A model generated the notes under the pieces. That model did no database searches. It was given only the letters and a program-made list of their open reading frames with translations, and was not told the origin of the DNA. Below are positions 1-13,388 of a stretch of 64,000 bases of DNA, one piece after another. Source of the stretch: Takakia lepidozioides (taxonomy: Eukaryota > Plantae > Bryophyta); contig CM060732.1 of assembly GCA_030704615.1 (NCBI GenBank), positions 35,712,001-35,776,000 on the forward strand, in the 5' to 3' direction. Positions within the stretch are counted from its first letter, which is position 1. Each line of letters begins with the position of its first letter. The position numbers and the translations under genes were made by a program.

Positions 1-470
1 AGAGAGCTCCGACAGACCAACAGATGCCTCCCACGCCAGCAGCATTTTGGGAAGGGTTGTTGGCGCAGTTTGGCGGGACGTTGAAAGACATGTTGAAGGC
101 GGCTAATGCCACTTCCACTAAAGCAAAGTTAAAGGTGAAGCCTAAAGAACCCGACACCTTCGAGGGCGTCTGAAATCAGAAGGCACTCAACACCTGACTC
201 TTGGAGCTAGAGCAGTACTTCCGGGCGGCCAAGTTGAGTGACAAGGATCGGGTGGAAGTGGCTCCCACCTATTTGAGGGGCTACGATCAACAATGGTGGC
301 AGAAACGCCTTCACGACCGAGGTCCAAACCCGGAAACCTTGAACTGGAGTGGGTTCAAGGAACTAATGAAGAGACATTTTGTGCCCCTCAATGCGTCCTG
401 GCTCGCTCGGGACAAGATGAGGAATCTGAAGCAAACGGATGACATTCGGGGATATGTTCAAGCTTTCAAT
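1..470 (+). mobile_element. Degenerate Ty3/gypsy-type retrotransposon gag fragment
   Basis: Frame reads KPKEPDTFEG*..LELEQYF..WW..W..FKELMKRHFVP..ARDKMRNLKQT..IRGYVQAF, a Retrotrans_gag-like pattern. It has in-frame stops and breaks off near 470. Confidence 0.75.
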
Positions 471-599
471 GCGGGATCCTTTGTTTTCTTGCATGATTGC
501 TTCACCCATGCCTTTCAGACATGCCAAAGGCAGAGGAAAATGGGTACTCCTTCAAAAACAATTCTGCACAACACACATGGTACACATTAGAGTCTTGGG

Positions 600-1080
600 A
601 TCGGACTGCAATGGTGGACTGTCGGAGTGGACGGTAACAGCGACCTGTATCAGCGGGCAGAGCCACTGGACTCGCCCAGTGGACAGTACAATGTGCTGGA
701 ATAACCCCATTGGATTACCCATTGGACTTCCCCTAGCTAGGACTGGGGCAGCGGACTGCATCAACGGACTGCCCCATTGGACTGCCACAGCGGACTGCCG
801 AACGGACTTGCCAGGGACTGCCGAGTGGACTTGGCAGCGGACGGCCGACCCCAGGGACTGCTGAGTGGACTTGCTAGCGGACTTGACAGCGGACTGCCGA
901 GCGGACTTGCCGGGAACTGCCAGCAGACTTGCCAGGGGACTGATGAGCGGACTTGACAGCGGACTACCAGTGGATTTGCCCAACGAACTGCCATCGGGTT
1001 TCGCCACAGAAGTCTGCCAGTGGACTGTAGCAATGGACTGATGTAGTGGACCTCGACAATGGACCGGTGCTGTGGACCAA
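600..1080. repeat. Degenerate GC-rich tandem array of (A/G)GCGGACT(T)G(C)C motifs
   Basis: Many copies of gcggactg/ggacttgcc. The same motif recurs on the same strand at about 2920-3030. Confidence 0.8.
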
Positions 1081-1089
1081 CAGACTTAC

Positions 1090-2719
1090 CGAATAGCGTT
1101 GATTTCTGCTTCGGCATCGTCCACAATGAAGGCATTGGGTCGCCAGCTCGGCAAATCTGCGAGGAGTGAATTCTGCAAGGCTCTCATCCACGGAACCAGG
1201 TCTATTGTCCGATTCCTCGCGGATAGGATATAGGCAACTGGTATACCGTTCAACCACTCGTCGAAGACCATCAACGTGTACAATGGGAACTGCAGGAATG
1301 CACAATATAAGATGGTCAGAGCATGCAAATTCTGCTCAATTCTGCACAAGAAAACTTCATAAGAGTAATAAGGTCTGCAGCGGTTCACAATGGGTCCGCC
1401 CCTCGGTCTTCCGCAACGTATACATGAAAACATACAGAAAAGGTCAGCATACCAAATTTTATGTTAATGTTGCATGGTACTATGCTATCATTCTCGTACA
1501 AGTCCATGGAATCGTTCGAATAGTACCTTGTCATGATTTGTCCCAAAGGTTGCATCACATGCAACGATACGGTCATGTCCTAGTTCCAACATTCGTCGTT
1601 TCTGCCACGGAGTCTGTATGCCAATAGTGAATGTCAAATCTCCATCAAAATGCTTGAATGTTGGCTCTAATTTCTCCTGTTGATAGAAAAAAACAGACAC
1701 AGGATTCTGGTCTCTCCACATGCGCACACTCTCCGCATCATCAGCGTGCTTTTTGAAGGTTTGCCACGCACGTTTCTCGGCAAGGTTGCGAACATTTTGC
1801 TCCAACAAGAAATCATCGCGGGTCCATGTATCGCCCAAGCCGGTGTTGTTCATCACGTGCTCTTTATGCTCCATCATGATTTGGGCAACCGACAGGCCTC
1901 GGCACAAACACTCGACGACCCAGGCTTTCAATTCCTCGCTAATGTGTGGTGCATAGGCGTGGCGGGTGTTCCTGAATTCTGCGGACTTCCCATGCGAGGG
2001 TTTCCCTTGCGCATCTGTATGCTCCATGTTGTTGTAGTACGTGAGGACACAAATATCAGGGGCGAGATAGCATTGTTGGACCTTGAAACAGCATTGGCAA
2101 CCACGCTTGTAAGACTCTCCATACTCCGACTTCTTTCTCCTTGGGCCTTTATGAGGGCAAGATGTTCCAGCACCCACAAGAGGTCCTCCACGCTTCTGTT
2201 TTGTATCCTTCACTATTGCCTTGTTGGTGCGCTTGTCATAAGGACCGTAGCAGCATTGATACCTGGACATAAAATTCTAAAATCGATATCCAACGACTTG
2301 AGGAAGCATAAAATCAGAGAACTCGTGAAACAAAAAATGGCAACAGACATGCAATGAAACGTCAAAAGGACTGAGGATGGTGCACACATAATACTGGACA
2401 GAAATGTGTTGGCTCTGGGTGCTTTTCGCGAGCCGGGTTCCACTTTAGAATGGTGCACACATAATACTGAACAAAACTGAGTGGGGTAGTCCTCCAAACT
2501 CTCCTCTCCCAAGACAAAGTCACCAACTCTATCCCAAGGTATGGAGGCATTTTCAACATTCACTTGCACACCCATAAACCCATATTGCGTCTCACTCTTC
2601 CAATGGAGATCCTTCCTGTTGAAGGGTCCTGGTTTTGCTGTTTGCAAACATTGTCGAAGAGGCCGTATAAATGGGCTTTCCATGATCAGTATATCATCGG
2701 GTTTTGCTTCCACGTCCAT
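1090..2719 (-). mobile_element. MULE-like/SWIM-family transposase-related gene, 3'-truncated (exons 2719-2388, 2262-1527, 1289-1090)
   Basis: GT-AG splicing joins the ORFs in frame. Motifs RGCQCCF, FTIGIQTPWQ, ACDATFGTN, FPLYTLMVFD..GIPVAY and FIVDDAEAEINAIR resemble the plant SWIM/MULE-domain family (At1g60560/At4g13970 type, from recall). No C-terminal SWIM exon was seen. Confidence 0.7.
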
Positions 2720-4225
2720 GCCCTATACAGTACAAAGGACACGCTTCTAAACATGCAAGAAACACGCCGCAGTACAGGACACAATCGACAACGTGCCAGG
2801 AGAACAGTGCGCATGTTCGCGGCTGCTGGCAAATGGCAGGGATAAAGGTTTGAATTGCAGCCCTAAAAATGGAGGGCTCGGATGGGTTATGGGAATGGAC
2901 GGTGGCGATCCTGCGCCGTCAGCGGACTGGATGGCAAGGGACTGGCCAGCGGACTGGTGGGCAGACTGCTGGGCAGCGGACTGGCCAGCACCGGACTGGC
3001 GGGCAGCGGACTCATGGGTGGGGGACTGGCCGCGCGGCGGATGGGGGTGCGGGCGCGGGCGCAGTTCCTGCAGCCGCGCCTGCGGCTGGGCGGGGCGGGC
3101 GGGGTGTTGGGGAGCCGGGCGTTCGTGCGCGGGGCCCACTGGCCACATCGCACGTGCCCATTGAAGACCCTATTATCTTAAAATGAGAGGCGGTGGATCA
3201 CGTGTTGGTGCTATGCACATGTTTATTGAGAAAGGGAAAAACATTGTCTTACACATGAATGCATCCATAGTGATTGATAGTTTGCAACCCTTAGAGTGTA
3301 GCTCACCGCAAGGTGTCGTAAAGGGTTCCAACCCACAGCTGTGTATGTTGGATGTCACATGTCACCCATTATGACCATCGAAGGTGTCAGCCTTCAAACA
3401 AAATGCAGTAAGTATATGGGGAGCTCTTATTTTTCTCACCACTGCTTATTGAACACCCCATTTCTCCTATTCCTCCATTTCCTCCTTCCTCCCCACCCTC
3501 CCACTTCCCAGCCATCTCTCAACAACTAAGTTGAAGTTCATGATCCAGACAATAGCAGAAACATATCAACAAATTTTCATATGCAATCTTTGAATCACAT
3601 TTGCATATACTTCTCGTAAGCACAAATTGTGGTTATGAGCTGGTAGATCAAAAGATGGACAGTGTGGGCGAGGCAGTGGGCACATAGAGAAGGTCAACCT
3701 TCCATTGAACAAGCCGCCTGTTGTTATGATGCATTTGTGGTTGGTTCATCATGTTTTCGTTAACTACCTCGGCAGCACGCATACTTCCGAACATAAGAGT
3801 AGGTCGGTGAGAGGGGGAGGCGATGGAGGCCACGTTGCCATGCATCCCTGGGCCCTGCCAAATTGACGCGTTGCCCCTGTAAACTGGGCACGGGGGGTTC
3901 GCTGGCGACGATCTACGAAGGTGCCGATGAAATCGGTTCTCCAAGAAGCAAAGGAGCTCACTCGGTATATGTATTCTGTCAATCCGTGTCTGAACTTCGT
4001 AAGTCGGCCTGCCAATCCTCTCCGTGCTGCAGAGTAGCCACAAAGAACCACTGGGTGCATTTAGAAGCACTGACTGATTCGTTGCTATCAGCCAATCTTC
4101 TCTTTCATAGCACTTACTTTGTTTTAGGAGCTGCCTCAGGATTGAACAGTCTAGGTTATACCCTGTCGCTTTTCTGGGTAGAGCAGCCTTGCGAGTGCAA
4201 GTAGGCTACAATCCGTTGAGAAAGC

Positions 4226-4462
4226 ATGTGCTTACCGTTCTTCTTCGGGGGCGGCCATGAGCCCAGGCGACCCTATTATACTCCAGCCCCGTATTATCCT
4301 CCAGCCCCGCATCACCCTCCTCATCATCATCCCCCACCCTTATTCCATGTCCAGCCCCCACCTCACCACCATATGCCCCCTCCAGTATCCCACGGACATC
4401 CAGGTGGTGGACATCATGCGCCTCCACCCCCCTCTCACGGCGGTCACCACACTCATAGATGA
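4226..4462 (+). CDS. Small Pro/His-rich protein (78 aa), function unknown
   Basis: ATG-initiated ORF with YYxPAP repeats and HHPP/HHH tracts. A candidate splice acceptor lies just upstream, but there is no homology support. Confidence 0.45.
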   Translation: MCLPFFFGGGHEPRRPYYTPAPYYPPAPHHPPHHHPPPLFHVQPPPHHHMPPPVSHGHPGGGHHAPPPPSHGGHHTHR

Positions 4463-6475
4463 AGATGAGCTCTGACGAAGATGTTTGGTTGGTATGTCAC
4501 TTATCGCTCACCTTGGTTTTCTGGCCTTCTGTAGAGCTTTTCCTTGCCAGGTTGGTCGTCTCAGTTCGTGTTTTGTTTCTATCGCTTCATGTGCTTGTCC
4601 TTACAAGCCATTTACTGCCGGTATCTAGGGCAAGCATGCACAGTGTAACTTGCGTTGGACGTCTGATATCTAGAGACACTGGGTGAATGACCCTGACAAC
4701 CCAACGTGACATACCTCCTTCAGGGCTTCTTCATTAGAGACGATTTCTGAGTGGCTTGTCCGTGCAGGGCTATTTCGATCCGAGGTGCTTGCACATGCAA
4801 TTCACAACGCCGAAGCGCTAGCAGCACATGAGTCAAACCAGTCGCTTGCCCAATTGTTGCTGAGAGCAACAGCCAGTGTACATAGATTTGCTGCCGAAAT
4901 TCCGGAGTCGGTCTGGCCCCGGTTAGTTGTAACCATCAAATGTATTGTCTTCATATTCGGACAACTCAGGTCTGATTAGTTCTGGATTAGTCTTCATTAT
5001 ATATTGTCAAACTGCTTTGATTATGAGCAGCAGGATGTACAAGTGGGCAAGCGATTACAAGCCTTCAAAACTAAGACTCGTATTTAAAAATTTGTGTCCC
5101 TGACATATGGAGAGGTTGGTTTATGTAACAATTCTCTTGGCCTCTCTTGCTGGGTGTTAAACTCTCTCTGTCTCTCTCTCTCTGGCTGGACTCTAAACTC
5201 CTCTCTCTGATGTTCTCTCTAATGTTCCTTGGGGTCTGGGGCCACAAGGCCACGGCATGCAATGTCTTATGAGTACACTCTAATGTTCCTTGTACATTAG
5301 AGTACATGCATATTTGCTTCCATTCTGAGAATTCCCTTGTTACATCTTGGGAAAGTGCACTCATATTGTGGAAGCAACTCTGTCAAACACTCTCTCATTA
5401 CTGGTTGTCTGGTCGTGTTTAACTCTCTATGTCAGACTTCATGTGCTATACAACTCCATGGATGCTAGAGTCTCAAGCAGAAGTCTTGGTTAAGTTACAA
5501 ATTTAGTTCATGAAAATAAACCGAAGGGAAGACCGTTAGAATTGTAGTCCTGATCCTAAAGAAGTGACTCTAGAACCTGCAAGGGAGAGCACTGTTTGGT
5601 TTTCCAAGAGATTAGGGAAGGTTGGTTCTTAGGTGGAGGCTGGGGATCTGCTGCAACTTGCATCAGAATTTTGGTTTAGGAGTGAGACGGAAGAGAAACA
5701 GAATTTGGAGCATTTCTTGGTAGCTCAGTTTGTATGACAGGTTTGGGGAGGTCAGTTTTAAGTATTTGACAAGTTACTTTTTATTAGCCTATTAATCTGA
5801 TCCTGGGCATGTATCCCCCTTTCAAAAATATAAGGGACCTTTCCTTGGGAATTTAGGATGTAATTGCAAAACATCGCAAGGTCATTTATGAATTCAGCAC
5901 ATTTGGGTCTGATACATACACCCTGTAGTCCACATCTGCCATTCAAGTTGGATCTAGTCGAAAAGCTAGCGGCAGGGGGCTCTGGATCAATTGGGGTTGA
6001 TATTTGACACATTCTTATTGCACTAGGTATCCAACTTACTGTGACCGACTGATGGTATTATTTTCTTGTGCGTGGCTAAGCTTAAACAGTTTTCTGTTTC
6101 AACGTTTCAAGTTTCAACCATACCTTCCATAGAGTAAAGAGCAAAAACAGGAATGACCGGAGAGGGGGCGTTTAGCCTCTAAAGGGTCACATGACAAATG
6201 ATAGCCTAGTTACAACGGCAATGGAAATGAGGGTTGGTATCTCGCAAGCACAAGCAGAAAATAGACCTGCCATAGCACAATCCGTGGTCATAGGAGTAAT
6301 ATGTTTGCAGATTTGCTAGTCATTTTTGTCACTATTTCTATGCCGCACTATTGCACTGTCAACATTCACCGGACAAGTGGTTAGACATAAAAAAAGAAGC
6401 AGTCTGACCATACATTCATGAGTTTTATGCCAATAATCAGAAGACCGAGGAGTCATTTACTGTTACTATGTTCAC

Positions 6476-6630
6476 ATCCCTCTTCCCTGGGCGGTGTCTC
6501 ACTCCTGCACCTCCATGGTGCGGTTACTGTGAAAGAGGTTATTTTCTCCTCTCACTATTAAGGGGCCTGTTTTGTGAGCTGTCGCTCCCAGGTGTTTCCC
6601 TGTTAGTAAGTTTAAATAAATAAATAAGTG
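6476..6630 (+). mobile_element. 5'-truncated copy of the SINE at 9385-9607
   Basis: About 120 bp match the reverse complement of about 9400-9515 (shared gaggttattttctcctctca..ttaaggg..gtgtttcc). It ends in an aaat-repeat tail. Confidence 0.65.
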
Positions 6631-6847
6631 TTCCCACAAAAAAATTCTGGAATATATAACTTTTTGAGATGATGTCTAGGATGCATATGTGCCACAATAT
6701 AGCAGCCAGGCAGATGGTGTACATGCAAAGCGCCACGTGGATTATTGTAAGAGTGCCATACTCAAATGAGCAAAAATAAATCCAAGTGGATGATCACGTG
6801 ATAGACACATAGCAACCCTAGTAGTAGCAACGTGACAGCCTTTTGTA

Positions 6848-7523
6848 CCATCCCTGGACAACCGTATAAGGCATTTTTGCGCCTAATAATAAAATCAATC
6901 AATCAAAAATTAGGCATGTTTTGAAAGCAATTTCTCAGATTAGGCATCTTCATGCTATAATTTCTTAGAATTAGGCACATGAGAAGAGAAAACATTTATT
7001 TTCTTAAGTATAAAACCAATGCCCATGGGCCCTTCTAGGCTTCAGCTACCTTTCATTTCCTTTTAAACCCTAAAAAGCCCCTATTTGTTGTATGCGGTGC
7101 TCCAAGGCTCAAGCTGGTACAAGCAAGCTCTCCCTTCGCTCTCACACATTAGGTGAGTTCAATATTGATAGTCCACACTAGTGTAGGCACGTTGGTTAAG
7201 GGCTTTGGTACATTGGTCATTGGGTACACTGGTTTTCATATTGGTATGTTGTTCCATGGTGAAACCTCTTACATAATGGTACTCTTGAGTTGTGGTAGGC
7301 TAGATATTTCCGCACGCATATATTTGTATTGATTTTTGCTTAAAGAAATTTTGATCTCTATTACAAACAACATGAGAAGAGGCTTGCAAGTTTTTTTGGT
7401 GGAATTTTTGGGCATTAGGCCCATAATTTCCCAACAATTAGGCCAAAATCTGGAAAATTCACAAAATTGATTAGGCACTTTCATTTAGAATTAATTCTCG
7501 CCTAAACGATTGTCCAGGGACGG
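6848..7523. mobile_element. Tc1/mariner-type MITE (676 bp)
   Basis: Imperfect TIRs ccatccctggacaaccgtataaggc / gcctaaacgattgtccagggacgg, flanked by TA on both sides. Internal attaggc repeats. Confidence 0.7.
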
Positions 7524-9384
7524 TAGTACACCACTCGCACCCCGGGGACCTTTGCGTTACTGTTACTATTCCCTAGTATGGAACGGGCAGGCAGATGTAC
7601 ACTACCCAGCCAGAAAAGTGACCAGGCCAGACACTTTCTGGAGGTGTAATGTCTGGCCCATTTCTTTGCGTGATGCGTCAGTGGGTAAACAATTCTGACA
7701 GCGGATGCCTGCGACAAAAGGCTCATGTATGCCGTGGAACAAGGTCACAATTCTGCCGAGTAAGGGCATCCCCACCCTTGAGCCCGAAAGACTCCATGTA
7801 ACGCTAAAGTTAAGTGCTTGCTGGGTTCTGTGGCGAGGCCGCCCCTCCTCGCGCACTCCCTTGCCCCTGAATCACCCATGCTATCCCCGCGCAGCTCGGG
7901 TCCCATTGGCAAGAGGCCCGTGCTCGTTGCCAAGCTGTTGACATGCACTCGCTAGAACAGGGCATGGTCACGTTGACTTGGATTCAAGGGCGTATTCGGG
8001 GCTCTGAATACGACGCTCGGGTTCAGTGCACGGAATGTTATTCAGTGCCCGATTTTCCAGGCTCGAAGCGGCGAGAGCTGTTCCGTTTCCTGCTTTGTGT
8101 TCTAGACATTAGAGCTCGGGGTGTGATTGCATTTACGCATCTGTTAGGGCTGAGTGTTTGGCGTTTAGATTCTTGTGCCCTGCCGAATTTGCATTGTAAT
8201 GACAACATGGAATATGCGGTTCAGTGCAAGGGTGTGGACGTTTCCCGCCCACACACCCTGATATGTCATTGGCGTGCTGGTTTTAGTGTAGGGTGGGGAT
8301 GCTCTAAGAGACCTAAAAAAGGGGCAAAATTGACTAACCTACTGACTATTACGCAACTCATAAATCTTTGCTGACTAAGCATATACTGCAAACTCAAACT
8401 CCCGAGCAAGATGCTGGAGCCCCAACGCTTTCTTCCTAGATCATACCATGTCTGCTCCTGGACAACTTTTCAAATGGATAAGATTTGGGTTTGAAGGGTG
8501 GAAGTAGCTAACACTGGCCTTGTAACATGTTCGCACAGTGTCATTTTTTTTCAATGGTTATGTATACAGCTAGACGTAAGGACGGTACAATATTCTTTAC
8601 ATGGCGCTTTGCCGCTCTCCGCAAGGGCCTCGGCAATGGCATCCCAAATCTCCAAATTCGGCATGTCATCCCGATCCGCCCTTTATGTGTAGACAATGGA
8701 AAATCACAACCCACCGCCTGTACCTATATCTATGTCAGAATTTGTACATACACATGTAATATATGTGTGTCTTGATTGTATTTTTCCTTTGCAATAAAAA
8801 ATAAACACACATATTTATTGAACTCATAAATAGTCATGGTGTATATGACTAGCAGCCATGGATACACTAAATTCCCCAAAAATCCTTTGTAGACCAAGCC
8901 ATACTAAGTATCACGCAAATATATTCGTACCTTACGACTCGATAGTTAAAATAAATAAAATAATAAAATAACTCGATAGATGTAAGTCATGACTTGGCTA
9001 TATGACTCTTATATACTGTATGTTGCTGACGGATTCGACAACACAATGCCAAAATAATTATTTTTTGGAGGCTCAGTCCATTCGGCACCTCATATTTTAT
9101 ACTCTAGGGTTTCGGCAATTTAGGATTGAATTTTTTTGCCACCTACAATACAAGATTGCGATATGAGCTCCGCATCTTTAGAGGCTGCACACGCCCTTTG
9201 TATTCTGTCCTTTAGTAGATTTTTTGATATATATATATATAATTTGGACAAGCTGAGTATGTAATATTTCTGGATTTCTAGACATATCACTTGAGTTAAT
9301 TCAAAAATTTCAACAACCCAAAATATAATTAATTATGATAGCAACGTAGGGTAAGTTTTATCTAGATTTATGAAAGTTGTTTAA

Positions 9385-9607
9385 GAAAAAAAGCATTATA
9401 AAGGAAACACCCGGGAGCTCCCAAATCAGGGCCCTTAATGGTGAGAGGAGAAAATAACCTCTCTCACAATAACCGCCATGAAGGTGTAGAAATGGGACAC
9501 CACCCAGGGAGGGGGAGACAAGTATACCACACCCGTCAAGTAGCAGGATTTGACCCTAGAATTATTTGGGTGGCACTCGGTGCACTAACCAACTGAGCTA
9601 CTGACTG
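9385..9607 (-). mobile_element. tRNA-derived SINE
   Basis: Minus strand reads cagtcagTAGCTCAGTTGGttagtgc (A box) ... gggtcaaatcc (degenerate B box), followed by a body shared with 6476-6630. Confidence 0.65.
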
Positions 9608-10171
9608 TTGGTATCTCTTTTTTCCCAACCGTTGATGCAGTCCAAGAATGTTGACTGGATTTTGTTTTTTCAAAAAGAAAGGGACAAGCCCTTTTAGGGC
9701 GATACCACACTAGGGGGGCAAGATGGGCAGCGGCACTCAATTCCGGTTTAAGGGAGGGCAGTGTGCTGCTCTGCCTACCACACTAGTGGCTGCTGCCGGC
9801 GGAGAGGCGCTGACATGACTCCGACCTGATGCCTATATGTCACATTACCGTGAAATACGGATTTCCAGGCAACGTCCCTAGAAATCCATAATTGTAGGAG
9901 TTGGTCTCTCCGACCCTGTCGTGCGATGTCAACGGTTCTAGGAATTGGTTATTTTTAGAATGAAAAGATAAGGTGGTTGTGATTTTTTTTGTCGTTGGGC
10001 TTATGCTATAGTGTGGTAGTCGATTCATTGCCGCTTGGTGACATAGACTTATATCATCCAACAATCCCTAGCCTGCAACGTCCACGTCAGTGCCGTTGGT
10101 GTGCCGATAGTGTAGTAAGGCCTTTAGTCAAATGTGAAAGGGCCCTTCCTTGGATTGCAGAACCACCCCAC

Positions 10172-10277
10172 GACTAGACCGTGATTGATTCAACTAAATT
10201 ATAGCCACGACTAAACCAGTGATTGTTTCAACTAAATCACCTAGTCATAGACGACCAGTGATTAATTCAACTAAGGT
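10172..10277. repeat. Three imperfect tandem units of about 38-41 bp
   Basis: Core acc(a)gtgatt..ttcaactaa appears three times. Confidence 0.7.
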
Positions 10278-11448
10278 GACGTGCATGAGTCGTTTCCTTC
10301 AAGAGCCGTCACCGTCCACGGTGACCGTCCAAATAGTGTTCCATACCATAGTCGTGTTGCCGTCCAAACGTTGTCGAGCCCAACGAGAGAAACGACATAA
10401 TGCAGCGGGGCATACAATGTTATGGCTCTCTTCTGCGTAGCTGGCGTTTGTATTGACGCTTGCAGTCCACTGTGGAAGCCACAATCTTCCAAAGCTGTCG
10501 ACCTGGTGATTTTGATCTTTGTTTACCCCGAGCTTTCAAGTGGCGTCACACTGAGCTACCTCTCCTGCAATGCAACCGGTTCTTGGGATATCAAGGACCT
10601 TTCCAGGGCCTCAACGACCTGCCACATGTATATGGATGTGCTTGTTATTGAAGTGTAATTTGAGGGAGCTACATACTGTTGCTGACCATTAGGTGGAAGT
10701 GCCCGCCCAGGTCTACTTATGAATTTAGCTGAACAAGACGGATATCTACGACTACCGGAATGCCCAATCACCGCGAATGGAAAACGAGTTCACAAAAATA
10801 ATTCTTGAAAATGTAAAAAACGGGAGTTCTCAAAGAAGAGGAAATTGGAAAACGTAACAGAAAACGGCATGAGCAACGAACGAATTTTATTCATCACAAT
10901 ATGAGCACACATAATGCTACATACATAGCTTAAATCTCTTCCTTGTTATCCTCACTCTTTGACGACCTCTTTATAGTCATGCTCATATGTCATAGCTTGT
11001 AACTTGGCAGGTAAAACCTAGTTACTTCAGTGGTAACTAAGATGTAGACAGCATAATCAAGGTATTACAGGGAGAACAGCTCACCATGTTGCCTGGATGG
11101 CCCCAAAGAATAAGCCAATACAGCAAATCCCAACTTCTCACCGGCACTCCAGATGGCTCCAACATAGTTGTTATGGTCGCAGCTGCCTATCTCTCAAAGA
11201 AAAAATGCATGTCATCTTCCTACTGACATAAATAAGGGGCCATTTTGATTCATTATTGGAGGACAAAGGCTAGGAGGGAGCGACACAAACAAGAGAAGAG
11301 TGAGAGAGAGCCAATGTGACACAGGGCTTGCCTGCTAGTTAGACAAAAATGATACCACCAGGAGAGCAGCAATCTTGAGGTAAGACAGTGTAGCCACACT
11401 CAGCAAAGAGTCTCCTTAATTGAAATGGGCATGGTCAAAAACTTTATC

Positions 11449-13388
11449 TCACAATCGAATGTTGCTAAAAACATATACAAGATCAACTGCTTTAGAAGAA
11501 GTCAAACGATTGCACTTTTTAGAATGAATGTACTCAAATGTACTCCAGTTTCTTTCACATGAAGATGAAGTAATTTGAGCAAGAACTATAATAGCAATCT
11601 TCTGAAGCTCTGGAGTTTCAGCCCCATAAGACTCCCACCAAATATGACTTGCAACTTCTTTGGCCACCAATGATGCAGCGGGATCAGAAAACAATCATTT
11701 TATGTTACGAAATGTAGATAGTTGCTTCTCCACTAGAACCTGACTTTGAACATCAGGATAGAATTTGTCCCGGATTATATGAAACCCTTTCATAACCTCT
11801 TTGTCTCCCGCTTGACCCTTTCCTCTCCACTCGGGGTCTAAAACAAATCCGGCACAATGCAGTGACTGTGGATAAATAACCATCTGTCCTGCAAAATGTC
11901 CACAACTTGTTCCTTCTTCTATGTTGAAAGCCCTGATAAGCTATGCACTTTTTCAATGAGCTGATCCATTTTCTCATAAAATTTTCCCATTCTTGGCATG
12001 CTAGAATCAACCATGCGCAACAAGGTGAAGATGGGCTCTGAAATCTCAACAATGAGCTCCAAGTTCTTCCAAAATCTATGAGCCAGTAGGTTATCAACAA
12101 TTGTTTCCCCCTCCGAGCCGCGTGACTAGTCCTAATTGTGCCATTCCCTGCTAACAATCATTTGTTGAAGTGGTGTTTTCACCTTCAACAATCGTTCAAG
12201 CATGATGACAGATGTCCCAAATCGTGTCTCTCCCGGTTTGAGGAGCTCCAGTCCTTTGTCTCTCAAAGAATACTCCCGAAAAAAAGCTTGACTGCGGTGA
12301 TGATTTGTGATAAACTTCACCACAGACTTTTCTTCTTTGACAAATGAGGAAATCCACTCTAAGTTGTCAATGTCCTCGAGACACAAATCAAGGCAATGTG
12401 TAGTACATCCTGAAAATGTAACGTGAGGGTACTTCTCTTCTATGAGTTTCCTGGCTCTCTTGCAGACAGCTGCATTGTCTGTGACAACCTGAACAACATT
12501 TTGAGACCCTATCTCCTCCATGACATCTATTATTTGCTGTGAGATGTACTCACTTGTTTTTTCTTGTCTACTCGTATCAATAGCCTTCTTGAAAAACTCT
12601 CATTTGGGTGATACACACAGTACATTAAGTAGAGGTGTGTTGGTGGTATTAGACCACCCATCACAAGTCAATGTGCATCCGGTTCTGTTCCAAGACTCTA
12701 TGATGGGCTGTAAGTCTTTGTTCAACTCTTTTTTGACATCCTGCAACAAAGTGGTGCACAACTGCTCTGAACCAGGTGCTTTATAACTTGCCCCATAGTT
12801 CGAAATGGCTGATATCGTACTCTGAAAATATGGGGTCCTTGCATAGTTAAAAGGAACCCCACATGAGTAAAAGAAACGTGCAACAACTTGGTCTACATCT
12901 TGTTTTTGCATCTTTGCAAATTGCCAAGATGCAGCCAATGTAGGTTGTGAAGCACTCAATGATTTCTTACTTGACAGGGAGGCTCTCTCCTCTGTTTTTC
13001 TCTTGGTAGTTGCTCTCTCTAGGTTCATTTTGTCCACAACTACCCTCACAGGTGCTAAAATCTCCTCACTGACACAAGTGCACACCTCAATGTTCCCTCC
13101 TCCAAAATAATGCTCTCTAACACGACCAACAGACCCTGCCTTGAATTCTTTTCCACAATGTTTGCACTTGACTTCCCAGCATTTTCCATGCTGGACTGGA
13201 GCATTAATACAGTCAACCAATGACCATTCAAGTGCAGGGATTGGAGGAAATTTTGGTGCTCTATTCCTAAAAGAGGATGCAACATTGTTGTCCGAACTAG
13301 TGTAGGTGTTTAGAGAAGACATGTTTTCGTGACAAGTAGGACTGAGTTGAATGTTGCTTGCTACCACCCAATAATGATTCCACACCAC
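11449..13388 (-). mobile_element. Degenerate hAT transposase (BED finger, DUF659, dimerisation domain)
   Basis: CKHCGKEF..RVREH; TCDGWSN; VVQVVTDNA..C..HCLDL; PGETRF; WWESYG..PELQKIA..SSCERNWSTF. Split across several ORFs by stops and frameshifts. AAACG-rich tracts at about 10780-10880 and 13575-13635. Confidence 0.9.

Noticed and set aside
439-1135. Several overlapping ORFs rich in SPL/ADW/QSA
   Set aside because: They are by-products of the GCGGACT repeat array; the same applies at 2747-3186.
10172-10277. CRISPR-like repeat-spacer pattern
   Set aside because: Only three units, spacers of about 10-14 bp, eukaryotic context and no cas genes.
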